Of a stretch of DNA of 64,000 bases, positions 1 through 10,455 are shown one piece after another. The number at the start of each line of letters is the position of its first letter. The stretch's first letter is position 1. The DNA lies in contig CACZZG010000010.1 in assembly GCA_902785645.1 (NCBI GenBank), positions 2,279-66,278 on the forward strand. The letters are read 5' to 3'. The stretch comes from an uncultured Erysipelotrichaceae bacterium (GTDB lineage: Bacteria > Bacillota_I > Bacilli_A > RFN20 > CAG-826). The notes under the pieces are model-generated. The model worked only from the letters and a program-made list of their open reading frames with translations, was not told the origin of the DNA and made no database searches. The translations under genes and the position numbers were made by a program.

Positions 1-829
1 TGCCTTTCATAAAATAAGGTTTATTATTTAAGGCAATGACTTTATGTCCGTTATAATCCATCAATGAGACTTTTCTCATCGCAAAATATGAATTAACTTC
101 ATCATCTTTAGTTTTTAATGAGAAGAAATATAAATAAGGATCTTCTGGAGACCATTCATGTAAATCTTCGACATCAAAAGAAGTGGTTTCATAAGGGTAA
201 ATCTTATGGTCTTTTCCAAATATATGGATAAATACTTCTTTTGCGTCACTAGTGACTTGTATATGAACTTTTTTATTATCTAAGTCAGGAGTGATCTTAA
301 CTTCTTTAATATAGTCATTAGAAACGCTTTCTAACCACACAGGCATGTATATACCTGATTGAGGGGTATACCAAATACCACCTCTTTTGATTTTTTGTTT
401 ACCACGAGATAATTCACATTCATCAGTGTAGTCTTTAACTCTGACAATTAATGTATTCTTACCTTTTAGATATGGCTTAATATCAAATTCAAAAGGAAGA
501 TAACCACCGATATGTTGTCCAAGATGAACACCATTAAGATATACATCTGCGATTTGATCAACCGCAGTGAAATGTAAGAGAACTTTATCTTTGATAAAAG
601 ATCGTCCTAATAAGAATGTATATTTATAAAATAGCCAATCAGATGGCCTAACCATCTTGTTGACTTTTGATAATTCAGTTTCTGGTGAATAAGGAACGAC
701 GATTGTACCATCAAAAGTCTCGGGGATATTTTCATTATCCCTGATGGCATATTCCCACTCACCATTTAGCGAATAATAACTTTCTCTAACTAGTTGAGGA
801 CGAGGATACTCACTCAGCGGCTTTTGCAT
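1..829 (-). CDS. GH2 glycoside hydrolase (beta-galactosidase-like), partial, runs off the left edge
   Basis: Not in the ORF track. Manual translation from ATG at 829 gives MQKPLSEYPRPQLVRESYYSLNGEWEYA...LHFTAVDQ...HIGGYLPF...WYTPQSGIYMPVWLE, typical GH2 N-terminal motifs. Overlaps the upstream MFS gene by 20 nt. Confidence 0.85.
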   Translation of the reverse strand, partial: MQKPLSEYPRPQLVRESYYSLNGEWEYAIRDNENIPETFDGTIVVPYSPETELSKVNKMVRPSDWLFYKYTFLLGRSFIKDKVLLHFTAVDQIADVYLNGVHLGQHIGGYLPFEFDIKPYLKGKNTLIVRVKDYTDECELSRGKQKIKRGGIWYTPQSGIYMPVWLESVSNDYIKEVKITPDLDNKKVHIQVTSDAKEVFIHIFGKDHKIYPYETTSFDVEDLHEWSPEDPYLYFFSLKTKDDEVNSYFAMRKVSLMDYNGHKVIALNNKPYFMKG

Positions 830-2132
830 GAGCCTTTTCCTTTCTAATAACAATGATTGTAGGTATTACCGCTAAGGCGATAATGATCGCTGCAAATAAG
901 AAAATATATGCATTTGGTTTAATGACCATTTGATGGAACTCATTTTCATAAGGCTCACCATTAATATATGAGACACCTTGTCCGATGAATGGACCAGTAA
1001 CCATTGGGATTAAGACCAAGAATATTAATCTAATACCTTGGAATAAACCAACCTCTTTAACAGGTGTATAGTCTCTAACTTTCGCACCAAGAACCGCAGA
1101 GCCCACCATAAAGCCAGTCATTAAAACTATGGCAGCGATGATAACGCCGATTTGTTCTCTGACAAAGAACATCGCTAGTCCACCAACAGCAGCTAAGGCA
1201 ATCGCAGGAATCATGATTCTGTTTTTACCAATCTTATCCATGAATAAACCAAAGACGACTGTAATTGCGCTAGCGGTTAATAAAACGATAACTAAAGTGA
1301 TGGTAAATGCCATTGATGTTTCGGTATCGACAATGCCTAAAACCTTTTGAATATAGACCATTAAATAAGGCATAAATACTTGAATACCAATGGAAAAAAC
1401 CGCAAAAGTAGTGAGAATTAAATAGAGAATTGCGTTGTTTTTGATAACGCTTGGTCTAAATCCATAGAAAATATTTTTGATATAAGGTTCAGATTTATTT
1501 GGTGTACAAACATCTTTTGGAAGCAAAAATATACAAACAACACCAACCACCAAAGTTAGACCACCAAAGATATAGAAGAACAAACTCCAGTTAGTGGTCA
1601 CATCAGTTTCTCGACGAATTGCGCCAGAAAGCCCAACAACAACAATCATAGAGATAAGAGGAAGGATAGAAAGCACACTCTCGACCTTCCCTCTATTACT
1701 CGTGTTGGTATTATCAGTGACAAAAGCATTGAATGAAGAATCGTTTGCGGTGCTGCCAAAGAAGGTCATGACACAGTCCATGACAACTATTAATGTTCCT
1801 GCCGCCATTGCATTACCAGCCAAAATATTTAATTTAGATTTTGGATCTAATAAAGCAAATAATATAATGGAGATTCCCCATAAGATGTATCCAAAGGATA
1901 CAAACGCTTTTCTTTTTCCTAATCTATCGCTTAATGCCCCCATTAATAATGTGGTGATTGTGGCGGCTGCCGCACTTGCTGCGGTCATAATTGGAATGAA
2001 GATTGTTTCTCCACCTGTAACTTCGTAAACATAAAGATTAAAAAAGTTGTTTTCGATAGCCCATGCTAATTGACCGACAAAACCAGCAATAATAAAGGAC
2101 AACCATTTTCTTATTCCTAATTTGTTATCCAT
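810..2132 (-). CDS. MFS transporter, probably sugar
   Basis: About 12 hydrophobic segments; MFS motif A GALSDRLGKRK, repeated as GLFMDKIGKNR; coupled to the GH2 gene. Confidence 0.85.
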   Translation of the reverse strand: MDNKLGIRKWLSFIIAGFVGQLAWAIENNFFNLYVYEVTGGETIFIPIMTAASAAAATITTLLMGALSDRLGKRKAFVSFGYILWGISIILFALLDPKSKLNILAGNAMAAGTLIVVMDCVMTFFGSTANDSSFNAFVTDNTNTSNRGKVESVLSILPLISMIVVVGLSGAIRRETDVTTNWSLFFYIFGGLTLVVGVVCIFLLPKDVCTPNKSEPYIKNIFYGFRPSVIKNNAILYLILTTFAVFSIGIQVFMPYLMVYIQKVLGIVDTETSMAFTITLVIVLLTASAITVVFGLFMDKIGKNRIMIPAIALAAVGGLAMFFVREQIGVIIAAIVLMTGFMVGSAVLGAKVRDYTPVKEVGLFQGIRLIFLVLIPMVTGPFIGQGVSYINGEPYENEFHQMVIKPNAYIFLFAAIIIALAVIPTIIVIRKEKAHAKAAE

Positions 2133-2150
2133 AAGTAAACCTCTTTTTTT

Positions 2151-2195
2151 ATTATAAATAACTTTTCTAATAAACGAGCATTATTTTGATATAAT
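2151..2195. promoter_or_regulatory. Candidate divergent sigma-A promoters for the MFS/GH2 and galM/galK units
   Basis: Extended -10 TGaTATAAT at 2187-2195 (+) and TATAAT at 2151-2156 (-) in a 77-bp divergent gap. Confidence 0.45.
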
Positions 2196-2209
2196 ATAAG
2201 AAGGAAATT

Positions 2210-3082
2210 ATGGTTATGAAAAACGAATTTATTACTTTAAAAAGCCGAAACCTAGAAGTTACCTTTTCGACTCTTGGAGCAGGTATTCATCGTATTTTAT
2301 TTGATGGAATCGATATGTTGATGACACCAGTAAATGATGAAGATTATCTTAAACCAAGTTGTTATTATGGCAAAACAATTGGAAGAATCTGTGGAAGAAT
2401 TGCGGTTAAAAACCAATTTGGTTATCAACTTCAAGGCAATGAAAAAGAAAATTCTCTTCATGGCGGATTTGATGGAATATCCACAAAAATATTTGATTAT
2501 AAGAAGCAAGGCAATAAAGTCATATTTACTTATTTATCAAAAGATGGCGAAGCTGGTTATCCAGGAAACTTAAATCTTGAAGTTGAATATGAATTAAATG
2601 ATTCAACATTATTAGTTAGATTCTTCGCAAAAGTGGACAAGCCCTGTGTTGTGGCTTTAACAAATCATGCTTACTTCTCTTTGGGTGAAAAATCCACGAA
2701 CGATTTAAAACTCAAAATGGATATTGATAAGTTCCTTGATGTCGATGATAAATTAATGCCTATCAAATACATCGAAACACCAAAAGAGCTACAAGGTGTT
2801 ATCCAATTATCTGATAAATATAAGATTGATAACTACTTCTTGTTAAAGAACCCGAATATTTCCTTAATTGGTAAGAAGTATCAAATGGATATCGATAGTG
2901 ATTTCCTTGGAACGGTCATCTTCTCTGATAACTGGAGAGATAACATTGTTACCACATTATCCGATAAAGGCATCTACCGTGGCGCGGCAATCGAACCACA
3001 GGATGACCAAATGGATCGTAAAGTGTTGCAACCAAATCAAGAATATAGAAAATTTATTAAGTACACATTTAAGAAACTATGA
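2210..3082 (+). CDS. galM: Aldose 1-epimerase (galactose mutarotase)
   Basis: Motifs YYGKTIGRICGRI, SLHGG, GYPG, LTNHAYF, AIEPQ. Confidence 0.85.
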   Translation: MVMKNEFITLKSRNLEVTFSTLGAGIHRILFDGIDMLMTPVNDEDYLKPSCYYGKTIGRICGRIAVKNQFGYQLQGNEKENSLHGGFDGISTKIFDYKKQGNKVIFTYLSKDGEAGYPGNLNLEVEYELNDSTLLVRFFAKVDKPCVVALTNHAYFSLGEKSTNDLKLKMDIDKFLDVDDKLMPIKYIETPKELQGVIQLSDKYKIDNYFLLKNPNISLIGKKYQMDIDSDFLGTVIFSDNWRDNIVTTLSDKGIYRGAAIEPQDDQMDRKVLQPNQEYRKFIKYTFKKL

Positions 3083-4224
3083 AAAACGAAGTAATTAAAA
3101 ATTATCAAAAACTCTACAGCAAACAACCAGAAGCATATTTACAAAGTGGTGGCCGCTTTGAGCTTCTAGGAAATCATACTGACCATAACCATGGCAAGAC
3201 CTTGGCCGCGACATGTTCTTTAATGATTGAAGGCGCATTCTCAAAAGAAGAGAACAATATTGTTAAATTGTGTTCTAAAGGACAATGCCAATTTGAAATT
3301 GATATCACTGATACTGAACCAAGAGAGGAAACTGTCGATAGATCAGCATGCTTTATTCGTGGTATTGCTGATTACTTAAAAAAGCATGGATATAAAGTTG
3401 GAGGTTTCTCCATTTATACTGAATCTTTAGTTCCTCCAGGAGCGGGTGTATCTTCATCCGCGGCTTTTGAAATATTGTTAGGCAAAGTTTTTAATAAACT
3501 TTATAACGATAATAAAATCTCTATTTTAGATTTATGTAAAGCTGGTCAATACGCAGAGAATAATTACTTTGGTAAGAAGAGCGGTCTTTTAGATCAAATC
3601 GCTTGTGCGTCATTAGGTATTTCTTATATTGATTTCGGCAATATTGAACAACCAAAGATTGACATCATTCATAACGACTTTGACCAATATCAATTCGTCA
3701 TTACTGATACCGGAAAGAGCCACGCTGGATTAAGCGATCTATATTCTTCTATTTTTGATGACATGTTCTCCGCTGCAAAAAAGATGGGACATAAGTTCCT
3801 AAGAGAATGTTCGCTCGAGCAATTAGAAGGCAACAGCGAGATTTTTACTGAAGGTGAATATAACCGCGCCAAACATTTCTTTGAAGAGAATATTAGAGTC
3901 GAAAAAGGCTTAAATTGCTTAAAAAATAATGATTTTGCAGGCTTTTTCGAGTGTGTTAACCAAAGTTCATTATCTTCCAAGAACTTGTTAAAGAACGCGA
4001 TGGTCCGTGGACAATATAGAGGTTCATTAGCGGAAGCAATTGATATTTCTAACGCTGCAATGGACCATGAAGGTGCTTCAAAAATCAATGGTGGCGGATT
4101 CGGTGGTTCAATCATTTCCATCGTTCCACTCGTTAAACTTGATAAGTATCTTAAAGTCATGAGAAACAAATATGGAGAAGATCACGTCTTCTGTGTTTCC
4201 ATATTGAACAAAGTTGAGGAATAA
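3079..4224 (+). CDS. galK: Galactokinase
   Basis: GRFELLGNHTDHN, GHMP motif PPGAGVSSSAA, GLLDQ, GGGFGG; 4-nt overlap with galM. Confidence 0.88.
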   Translation: MKNEVIKNYQKLYSKQPEAYLQSGGRFELLGNHTDHNHGKTLAATCSLMIEGAFSKEENNIVKLCSKGQCQFEIDITDTEPREETVDRSACFIRGIADYLKKHGYKVGGFSIYTESLVPPGAGVSSSAAFEILLGKVFNKLYNDNKISILDLCKAGQYAENNYFGKKSGLLDQIACASLGISYIDFGNIEQPKIDIIHNDFDQYQFVITDTGKSHAGLSDLYSSIFDDMFSAAKKMGHKFLRECSLEQLEGNSEIFTEGEYNRAKHFFEENIRVEKGLNCLKNNDFAGFFECVNQSSLSSKNLLKNAMVRGQYRGSLAEAIDISNAAMDHEGASKINGGGFGGSIISIVPLVKLDKYLKVMRNKYGEDHVFCVSILNKVEE

Positions 4225-4226
4225 AT

Positions 4227-4820
4227 ATGAAATTCACCAAATCATTAATGATGCCAATTGTTTTATCGATTTTAGGTATCTTTACATCCGTATCAACATT
4301 CATCCTTATACAAGTTGCTGGTAAGGTTAATAGCACGAATACAGGCGCGAGCCCACTTCCTATTATCCTTTTAGTAATGTTTGTATTATTCTTGGGTGCA
4401 TTGTCCGCCAAGAAAGCATTGTTCGCTAGAGTCTTATCTATTATCTCTATCAGCGGAATGACATTAGGTATGTTCATTACTGCGATTGTGTGTGCTGCTG
4501 ATTTCCAAACTTATAAAATCGGTTGGGACAGCATCTCATTTTTAGCTATCAGTATTTTTGCTTTAGTGGCCGCAGTCTTGTTCCTTATTTATAACTTGAT
4601 TGGTAGAAACGGCACGCTAAAAACATTAGCCTTTTATACCAATGTAATTTTTATCGCCTTCATTGTTATTTTTGCGGTTATCTTGATGGTTTCATCATTC
4701 GTTGGTGTTTATAAAAATAGACCACTTTATGGTATTGAACTTGCGTTAGTTTTAGTTAATGTTGTTGTCCTCGCAGGACTTCAATTATCCTTGCATAACA
4801 ACCTCGTAAAAGAGGACTAA
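4227..4820 (+). CDS. Hypothetical membrane protein (about 6 TM)
   Basis: Almost entirely hydrophobic; 2 nt downstream of galK. Confidence 0.7.
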   Translation: MKFTKSLMMPIVLSILGIFTSVSTFILIQVAGKVNSTNTGASPLPIILLVMFVLFLGALSAKKALFARVLSIISISGMTLGMFITAIVCAADFQTYKIGWDSISFLAISIFALVAAVLFLIYNLIGRNGTLKTLAFYTNVIFIAFIVIFAVILMVSSFVGVYKNRPLYGIELALVLVNVVVLAGLQLSLHNNLVKED

Positions 4821-4831
4821 TAATTTATTAT

Positions 4832-4892
4832 TTGTTAATAACCTCCGTTTAATATAGAATGAATAAAGTATCCATTTATACGGAGGTTTTTT
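4832..4892 (+). promoter_or_regulatory. Candidate promoter plus SD-sequestering hairpin upstream of the GPH symporter
   Basis: TTGTTA(4832-37)-17 bp-TAGAAT(4855-60); perfect inverted repeat AACCTCCGT(4840-48)/ACGGAGGTT(4880-88) covering the GGAGG SD and followed by a T run. Confidence 0.5.
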
Positions 4893-4893
4893 A

Positions 4894-6600
4894 ATGAGTG
4901 CTAAAAGCGGTGTTGCCAAGGCTTATACCGGCAACAAAGTACCAAAGTTCACTAGATGGTTTTATCCATTCAGTGGCATTTTTCGTGATGCATGTTATGC
5001 ATTAGTCGGCTCATTCTTACTTCAATACGCGATCACATCGGGCGTTTTAAGTAGCGATGCAGCGACATTCTCCAAACAATACGGCGTTATTACAATTGCT
5101 ATGATGATCGCTCTTGTTTGGGATGGTATCAATGACCCAATCATGGGCTTCATTGTTGAGAAAGTACATTTCAAACTAGGTAAGTTTAAACCATGGATTT
5201 TGATTGGCGCTATTGGTAATACTTTAGCGGTTATCTTATTATTCTTGGTCAGACCTGCAAATAGCTGGGTCTTCGTTGCTTTGATGATTGTCTTCTATGT
5301 CTTATGGGACACATTCTTCACCATGAACGATATTGGCTATTGGGCAATGCTTCCATCATTAACAAATGATGATAAAGAACGTGCTACATTAACAAGTCGT
5401 GTTTCTATCTGTGCTGCTATCGGTGGTTTCTTAATGACTGCCGCTGCTACATTGTTACCAACAATGTTTGGTGCTAGTAGTGGTAAAGGCGCTGCTGCAG
5501 TTTATGCAATTATGGCGGTTGTGGTAAGTATTCTATTCCTTGCTTCTCAGACAATCGTGTTCTTCTTCTGCCAAGAAAAAGCACGTGACTTAAAACAAGA
5601 AGAAGCTTCAGAAAAGTCCACATTTGTCGACTTATTTAAGGTTGTTGGCAAGAATCCACAAGTTAGAGTTGTGGTTATCGCCATGTTCTTATATTACTTA
5701 GCCAGTGGTGTTTTAACTGGTGGTATTGGTCTTAACTATTACTACTTATCCACAGGTTATGGCTCTGCAAGTGGTGGCTTAGTTGTTACATTGATCTCTG
5801 TTTTCTATGTCGTATCAATGATTGCTTCTCAAGCTTTATATCCAGTTTTAGCCAAGAAGATGCCAAAGCAAAAGATTTTATTAATCGCTATTGCTCTCGC
5901 ATTAGTCGGTGCTGTTGGATTCTTCTTTACATGTTTCCCATTATTTGGTGGCCAACAAGTCTCCACAATGTTAAGTGGAGCGGCTCCTGGCATTAATGCT
6001 GATATGATTAAAGATGGTTTACCATGGGCCTTCAGTGGCTTAATGTTCTGCAACTATTTATTCCCATTCATTTTCTTCTTCGGTGCTGGTCTTGTTTACA
6101 TGGTCATTCTTGTTATGTTCCAAGACGCTATCGACTATAACGAATATGAATTTGGTGAAAGAAAAGAATCTGTTATCTCTGCTTGGAGACCATTAGATGT
6201 TAAATTAGGCTCTGCCTTATTACGTGGCTTCCAATACTTAATTTTCTTATCAGCTGGTGTTATGGCTACAGTTAATGGAATCTCCAATGCTGAAGGTGCA
6301 TTAAATGCTGACATGGCTGCTGCTGGTAGTGATGAAGCTGCACAAGCAATTGCTAAAACATCATTCGCCACAAAGATTCAAGACTTAATGAGCCAAGTTA
6401 CCCCAACTTCATTAGTCATTATTGGTATTTGGATTATCGTCATTTTAGCGGGATGCTTTGTCGCTACATTCTTATTAATCCGTTTCGGCTATAAGATTGA
6501 TGAAAAACGCCACAGCGAAATCATCGAAGAGCTTGAAAAACGTCATGCTCAAGTTGGTTTTGATCAAAACGAAATCGAATCAGCAGAACAAGCTGAATAA
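4894..6600 (+). CDS. Glycoside-pentoside-hexuronide (MelB/LacS-like) cation symporter
   Basis: WDGINDPIMG, GKFKPWIL, DIGYWAMLPSLT, DAIDYNEYEFGERKE are GPH-family motifs. Confidence 0.88.
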   Translation: MSAKSGVAKAYTGNKVPKFTRWFYPFSGIFRDACYALVGSFLLQYAITSGVLSSDAATFSKQYGVITIAMMIALVWDGINDPIMGFIVEKVHFKLGKFKPWILIGAIGNTLAVILLFLVRPANSWVFVALMIVFYVLWDTFFTMNDIGYWAMLPSLTNDDKERATLTSRVSICAAIGGFLMTAAATLLPTMFGASSGKGAAAVYAIMAVVVSILFLASQTIVFFFCQEKARDLKQEEASEKSTFVDLFKVVGKNPQVRVVVIAMFLYYLASGVLTGGIGLNYYYLSTGYGSASGGLVVTLISVFYVVSMIASQALYPVLAKKMPKQKILLIAIALALVGAVGFFFTCFPLFGGQQVSTMLSGAAPGINADMIKDGLPWAFSGLMFCNYLFPFIFFFGAGLVYMVILVMFQDAIDYNEYEFGERKESVISAWRPLDVKLGSALLRGFQYLIFLSAGVMATVNGISNAEGALNADMAAAGSDEAAQAIAKTSFATKIQDLMSQVTPTSLVIIGIWIIVILAGCFVATFLLIRFGYKIDEKRHSEIIEELEKRHAQVGFDQNEIESAEQAE

Positions 6601-6612
6601 TTTTAAATAATT

Positions 6613-6638
6613 AAGGGCTCTTTTTAGGGCCCTTTTTT
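6613..6638 (+). terminator. Intrinsic terminator candidate
   Basis: AAGGGCTC-N6-GGGCCCTT followed by a T run. Confidence 0.65.
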
Positions 6639-6654
6639 GAAAGGAAAAAATAAC

Positions 6655-8103
6655 ATGGAAATTAAAGATAAATCATCAGTTATTTTTGGCAACCAAATCG
6701 ATAAGAAAACCATTAAGCAAGGTTTGAAGTCCAAAAAGAAATTCATGAAGAAATATGGTGATGACACAAACAAAGAATATTGTTTATCCACCGAAGTCAT
6801 TCCTTCATTAGAATTCATTAACACAAAGAATCTTGTCCTTTCTGATAAACCAATGGAATTTCCTAAAAATGCTTTAGTGGTTGGTAATATCAGAATGGGT
6901 TTTGGTCATTATCGTATCTCCATTGCTATAGCAAGTTGTGCTAAAGCACTAGGCTATGAACCATATTGGTTTGACTTAGCGAGTTTTGACGCAACCGGAA
7001 GCGCGATGATTAGAGAGCAAAACGATCTTTATTCATTAGCCTCTAAAATTAGTCAAAAATCACATTTGTTTAATCACTTCATTTGGGAACCTTTGAACTC
7101 GGAAGGATTTAGACAAATTACTTATAATTCAAAAGATCAAAAGAACGCTGAGTTACTCGCTCCTTTGTATCATAACTTACCAAAGGATGTTCCTTTCGTG
7201 GCCACACACGTCTGGCCAAGCCAAGGTGCAATTCACGCTGGTCTAACCCATGTTGTTAACGCTATTCCGGATAACTGGCCAATGGCATTGCATCTTTCTG
7301 AAGGCGCAATCCATTGTGTTCAAACCCCATTTGCTTATTTGGGTTATAAGATGCTTAATGGAATGGGCAAAAAACCACTTCAAGGAATTCCTGAAACAGA
7401 CTTATACGAAGTCGGGCATTACGTCGACCACGAATTAGTCGCAAATATCGAAAATGACGTTAAAAACCGTGTAAAACGCATTAAAAACGGCGAACCAATA
7501 AGAATTTTAATGTCTGTCGGTGGTGCTGGTGCGGGTGCTAAATATTTCTTACAAATCATCCAACACTTATTACCATTAGTGAAAGAAAAGAAAGTTGCTT
7601 TATTCTTAAACCTTGGTGATCACTTAGATATGTATGAATATTTGAAGAAACACATTAAAGACTTTGATGATGGTTTGCACAAGTTCTTTGATGATTACGC
7701 GAAACTTAATGAATTCGTGGAAACAATGGATAAAGAAGTTATTGAAGGAACATATATTTTCTATCACAAGAACATCTTTGAAGCTGTTTATTCCACAAAC
7801 TTATTAATGAGACATGTTGAAATGTTAATTACCAAACCATCAGAGTTGGCCTTCTATCCTGTTTTAAAGGTTATGATGAGACATATCGGTGGACACGAAG
7901 TCTATGGTGCTGTTCACGCACAAGAAATTGGCGATTCAACATTTGAATGTCCTGATAAGAAATCAATGAATGAGATGCTTGATAGATTAATTAATGACAA
8001 AGACTTATTAATTCATCTCAATGAACAAATTATCAAACTTAAGGAGCAAGGAATTTATAACGGTGGTTATGAAGCCGTTAAACTTGCGGTCAAAGGTAGA
8101 TAA
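6655..8103 (+). CDS. GT-B fold, GT28/MGDG-synthase-like putative glycosyltransferase
   Basis: N-terminal IRMGFGHYR, VATH, SVGGAGAG and C-terminal LITKPSE resemble GT28/UgtP motifs. Start moved to ATG 6655 behind an AAAGGA RBS. Confidence 0.55.
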   Translation: MEIKDKSSVIFGNQIDKKTIKQGLKSKKKFMKKYGDDTNKEYCLSTEVIPSLEFINTKNLVLSDKPMEFPKNALVVGNIRMGFGHYRISIAIASCAKALGYEPYWFDLASFDATGSAMIREQNDLYSLASKISQKSHLFNHFIWEPLNSEGFRQITYNSKDQKNAELLAPLYHNLPKDVPFVATHVWPSQGAIHAGLTHVVNAIPDNWPMALHLSEGAIHCVQTPFAYLGYKMLNGMGKKPLQGIPETDLYEVGHYVDHELVANIENDVKNRVKRIKNGEPIRILMSVGGAGAGAKYFLQIIQHLLPLVKEKKVALFLNLGDHLDMYEYLKKHIKDFDDGLHKFFDDYAKLNEFVETMDKEVIEGTYIFYHKNIFEAVYSTNLLMRHVEMLITKPSELAFYPVLKVMMRHIGGHEVYGAVHAQEIGDSTFECPDKKSMNEMLDRLINDKDLLIHLNEQIIKLKEQGIYNGGYEAVKLAVKGR

Positions 8104-8116
8104 TATATATCAAAGA

Positions 8117-8138
8117 AAAAGACCCAAAAGGGTCTTTT
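8117..8138. terminator. Bidirectional intrinsic terminator
   Basis: AAAAGACCC-AAAA-GGGTCTTTT between convergent genes. Confidence 0.75.
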
Positions 8139-10455
8139 ATTTTACTTCAATTTCAACTTCCTTAATAATGTCGTCCATCTTAACTTTTACTTTAGCTTTT
8201 CCCTTACCTTGTTCGGATAAGACATAAAGTGATAATTGGCCACCCACTAAAGATTGATGTGAATCGCCAAGAACTCTAATTGGTCCTTCAGATTCTATTG
8301 ATACGACTCTATTAGAGTATTGCATTACAGATTCATTCTCATCGATGTGTTTAAGAGAAATTCTTAATCCATCATAAGTATCTTTATTCTCTAACACAGT
8401 TTTGCTTGCATTTACTTGTAAATCAAACTTTCTGGATGGACCAACTTTCTTAGTTATAACTAGTTCGTTGTTTTTGTAACCTTTGAAAGTATATGTTTTA
8501 GCAATACCACCCCAAGATCCGACATAGTGATTATATAATCCCACTAATTCGGCATAGCTGATTTTGTATTTCTTCATCATGAAGGCAAGGTAGAGTTTTT
8601 CTTTAACTGATAAAGCATTAAAACCTTGTGTAGCAGCATGAGTGAACATCTTAGCGATCTTAGGCCAGCTCTTTTTGTTGAATCTTTCATCTTTAAATGT
8701 TTGTCCCACTAAATCATCGACTAGTACTGGTGGATGTGGTAAATGTTCAAATTGATTATTCTTTGAATAATATCTTGTGACAAACTCATCATTTTTATAT
8801 AAATCAAAGTAATCACAGTTAGTAGCGACATAAATGTCGAAATATCTTGCTTCCGGATAGTCTCCAGGTTTCATATTGGAAATAACTTCTAAGATAGGTT
8901 TCTCATTTGATTGAGAAGCATAAATATATGAAGAGTGTTTTGGATTACGATATAAGTCATAAACACCATGTGGGCAAATATGATCACCTGAACCGAAGTC
9001 AACGTGTGTGTGATAATCAAACGCACACCAGCCTATCGCACCGCATATATTTTCATATTTAAAATTATCATTAATGACTTTTGCGTGTCTTAGAGCAACT
9101 TCAACCTTTAATCTTTCATCTGATGTAGGTTTAACAGGATCCATGTGACCCATATATTCTGTTACTAAATATGGATGACCCATAGTTTTTACTTTCTTCG
9201 GATCAATTAATCCTCTTTCTAATGAATCGCAACAGAAGTCGTTATAAGCGTAAATATCTTCCAATAATTCAGAATTTGTGAAGTTTCTGACTCCTAAAGT
9301 TTGTCTTGTGTCATCTAATTTATGCGCAAGTTCATTAGCTTTTGAATATAAGTCATGATCATCTTGTGATTCATCAATTCTCACACCATGGGCAATTAAT
9401 GATGGATGATTTCTCTGTGTTAAAACCATCTTTTCTAGGTTAACAAGGAATTGATTTCTCCATTCCTCTTCTTGACCGATATGTTGCCAACCAGGAATCT
9501 CGTTAATCGTTAATAAACCAATCTCATCACATCTATTTAGAAAATGTTCACTTTGTGGGTAGTGGGATTGTCTAACAACATTGACACCAATTTGATATTT
9601 CAATAAGTCCGCATCATCTTCTTGGATGGCTTTCGGCATGGCATAGCCAACATATGGATAGCTTTGATGTCTATTAAGACCGATTAATTTGATTTTCTTT
9701 CCATTTAAATAGAAGCCATCTTTTTTAAAGATTGCGGTTCTAAAACCGAAGCGGTTTGTGTATTCTTCTTTACCGTCTTTACTTTCTATTTTTGTCACTA
9801 GTGTATAGAGGTTTGGATTATCAATATCCCAAAGTTTAGGATTATCCACTGTAAAAGCATTTCTTTCGAATACTTTGACAAGTTCATTATTGAAATATAG
9901 GAAGTGGGAGATTTTATCAATTTCACCAACACGATCATATTCTACGAGAACATTGCCTTTATCATTAGCTTTAATAAAGATGTTTTCTAAATATGTCTTT
10001 GGATGGATTTCTAAAGAAACCTCACGATAAATACCAGAGAATGTTAGATAGTCTACTGCATATCCAAATGGTGGAATTAAGTTATCTTCTCTTGAATCTA
10101 AAACCAAAATAAGTCTATTGCCTTTTTGCTTAATATATTCACTAACATCTAAAGATACTTTTACATATCCAGAAATGTGCTCACCAAGATCGTGTCCATT
10201 GAGATAGATTCTGGCTTTAAGCATGTATCCATCAAAAACTAATTTAACAACTTTATTATTGATGTCTTCATCCACATCAAAAACCTTTTCGTATGTTGAG
10301 ACGAATTGATAGTCTTTTTCATCAAAATAGTTATATGGAACTTCTTTTGCGCAATGTGGAATGTTAATTGATTGACTACTATTAGGGAGCTTATTTAAAT
10401 ACTCATCTTTATAGTCTGGGATGAATTTCCAGGAATAATTTAGTGCTTGTTTCAT
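8137..10455 (-). CDS. Beta-galactosidase, GH2
   Basis: FSGIYREV, GLNRHQ, VRQSHYP, NHPSLIAHGVRIDE, LVTEY. Confidence 0.9.
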   Translation of the reverse strand: MKQALNYSWKFIPDYKDEYLNKLPNSSQSINIPHCAKEVPYNYFDEKDYQFVSTYEKVFDVDEDINNKVVKLVFDGYMLKARIYLNGHDLGEHISGYVKVSLDVSEYIKQKGNRLILVLDSREDNLIPPFGYAVDYLTFSGIYREVSLEIHPKTYLENIFIKANDKGNVLVEYDRVGEIDKISHFLYFNNELVKVFERNAFTVDNPKLWDIDNPNLYTLVTKIESKDGKEEYTNRFGFRTAIFKKDGFYLNGKKIKLIGLNRHQSYPYVGYAMPKAIQEDDADLLKYQIGVNVVRQSHYPQSEHFLNRCDEIGLLTINEIPGWQHIGQEEEWRNQFLVNLEKMVLTQRNHPSLIAHGVRIDESQDDHDLYSKANELAHKLDDTRQTLGVRNFTNSELLEDIYAYNDFCCDSLERGLIDPKKVKTMGHPYLVTEYMGHMDPVKPTSDERLKVEVALRHAKVINDNFKYENICGAIGWCAFDYHTHVDFGSGDHICPHGVYDLYRNPKHSSYIYASQSNEKPILEVISNMKPGDYPEARYFDIYVATNCDYFDLYKNDEFVTRYYSKNNQFEHLPHPPVLVDDLVGQTFKDERFNKKSWPKIAKMFTHAATQGFNALSVKEKLYLAFMMKKYKISYAELVGLYNHYVGSWGGIAKTYTFKGYKNNELVITKKVGPSRKFDLQVNASKTVLENKDTYDGLRISLKHIDENESVMQYSNRVVSIESEGPIRVLGDSHQSLVGGQLSLYVLSEQGKGKAKVKVKMDDIIKEVEIEVK

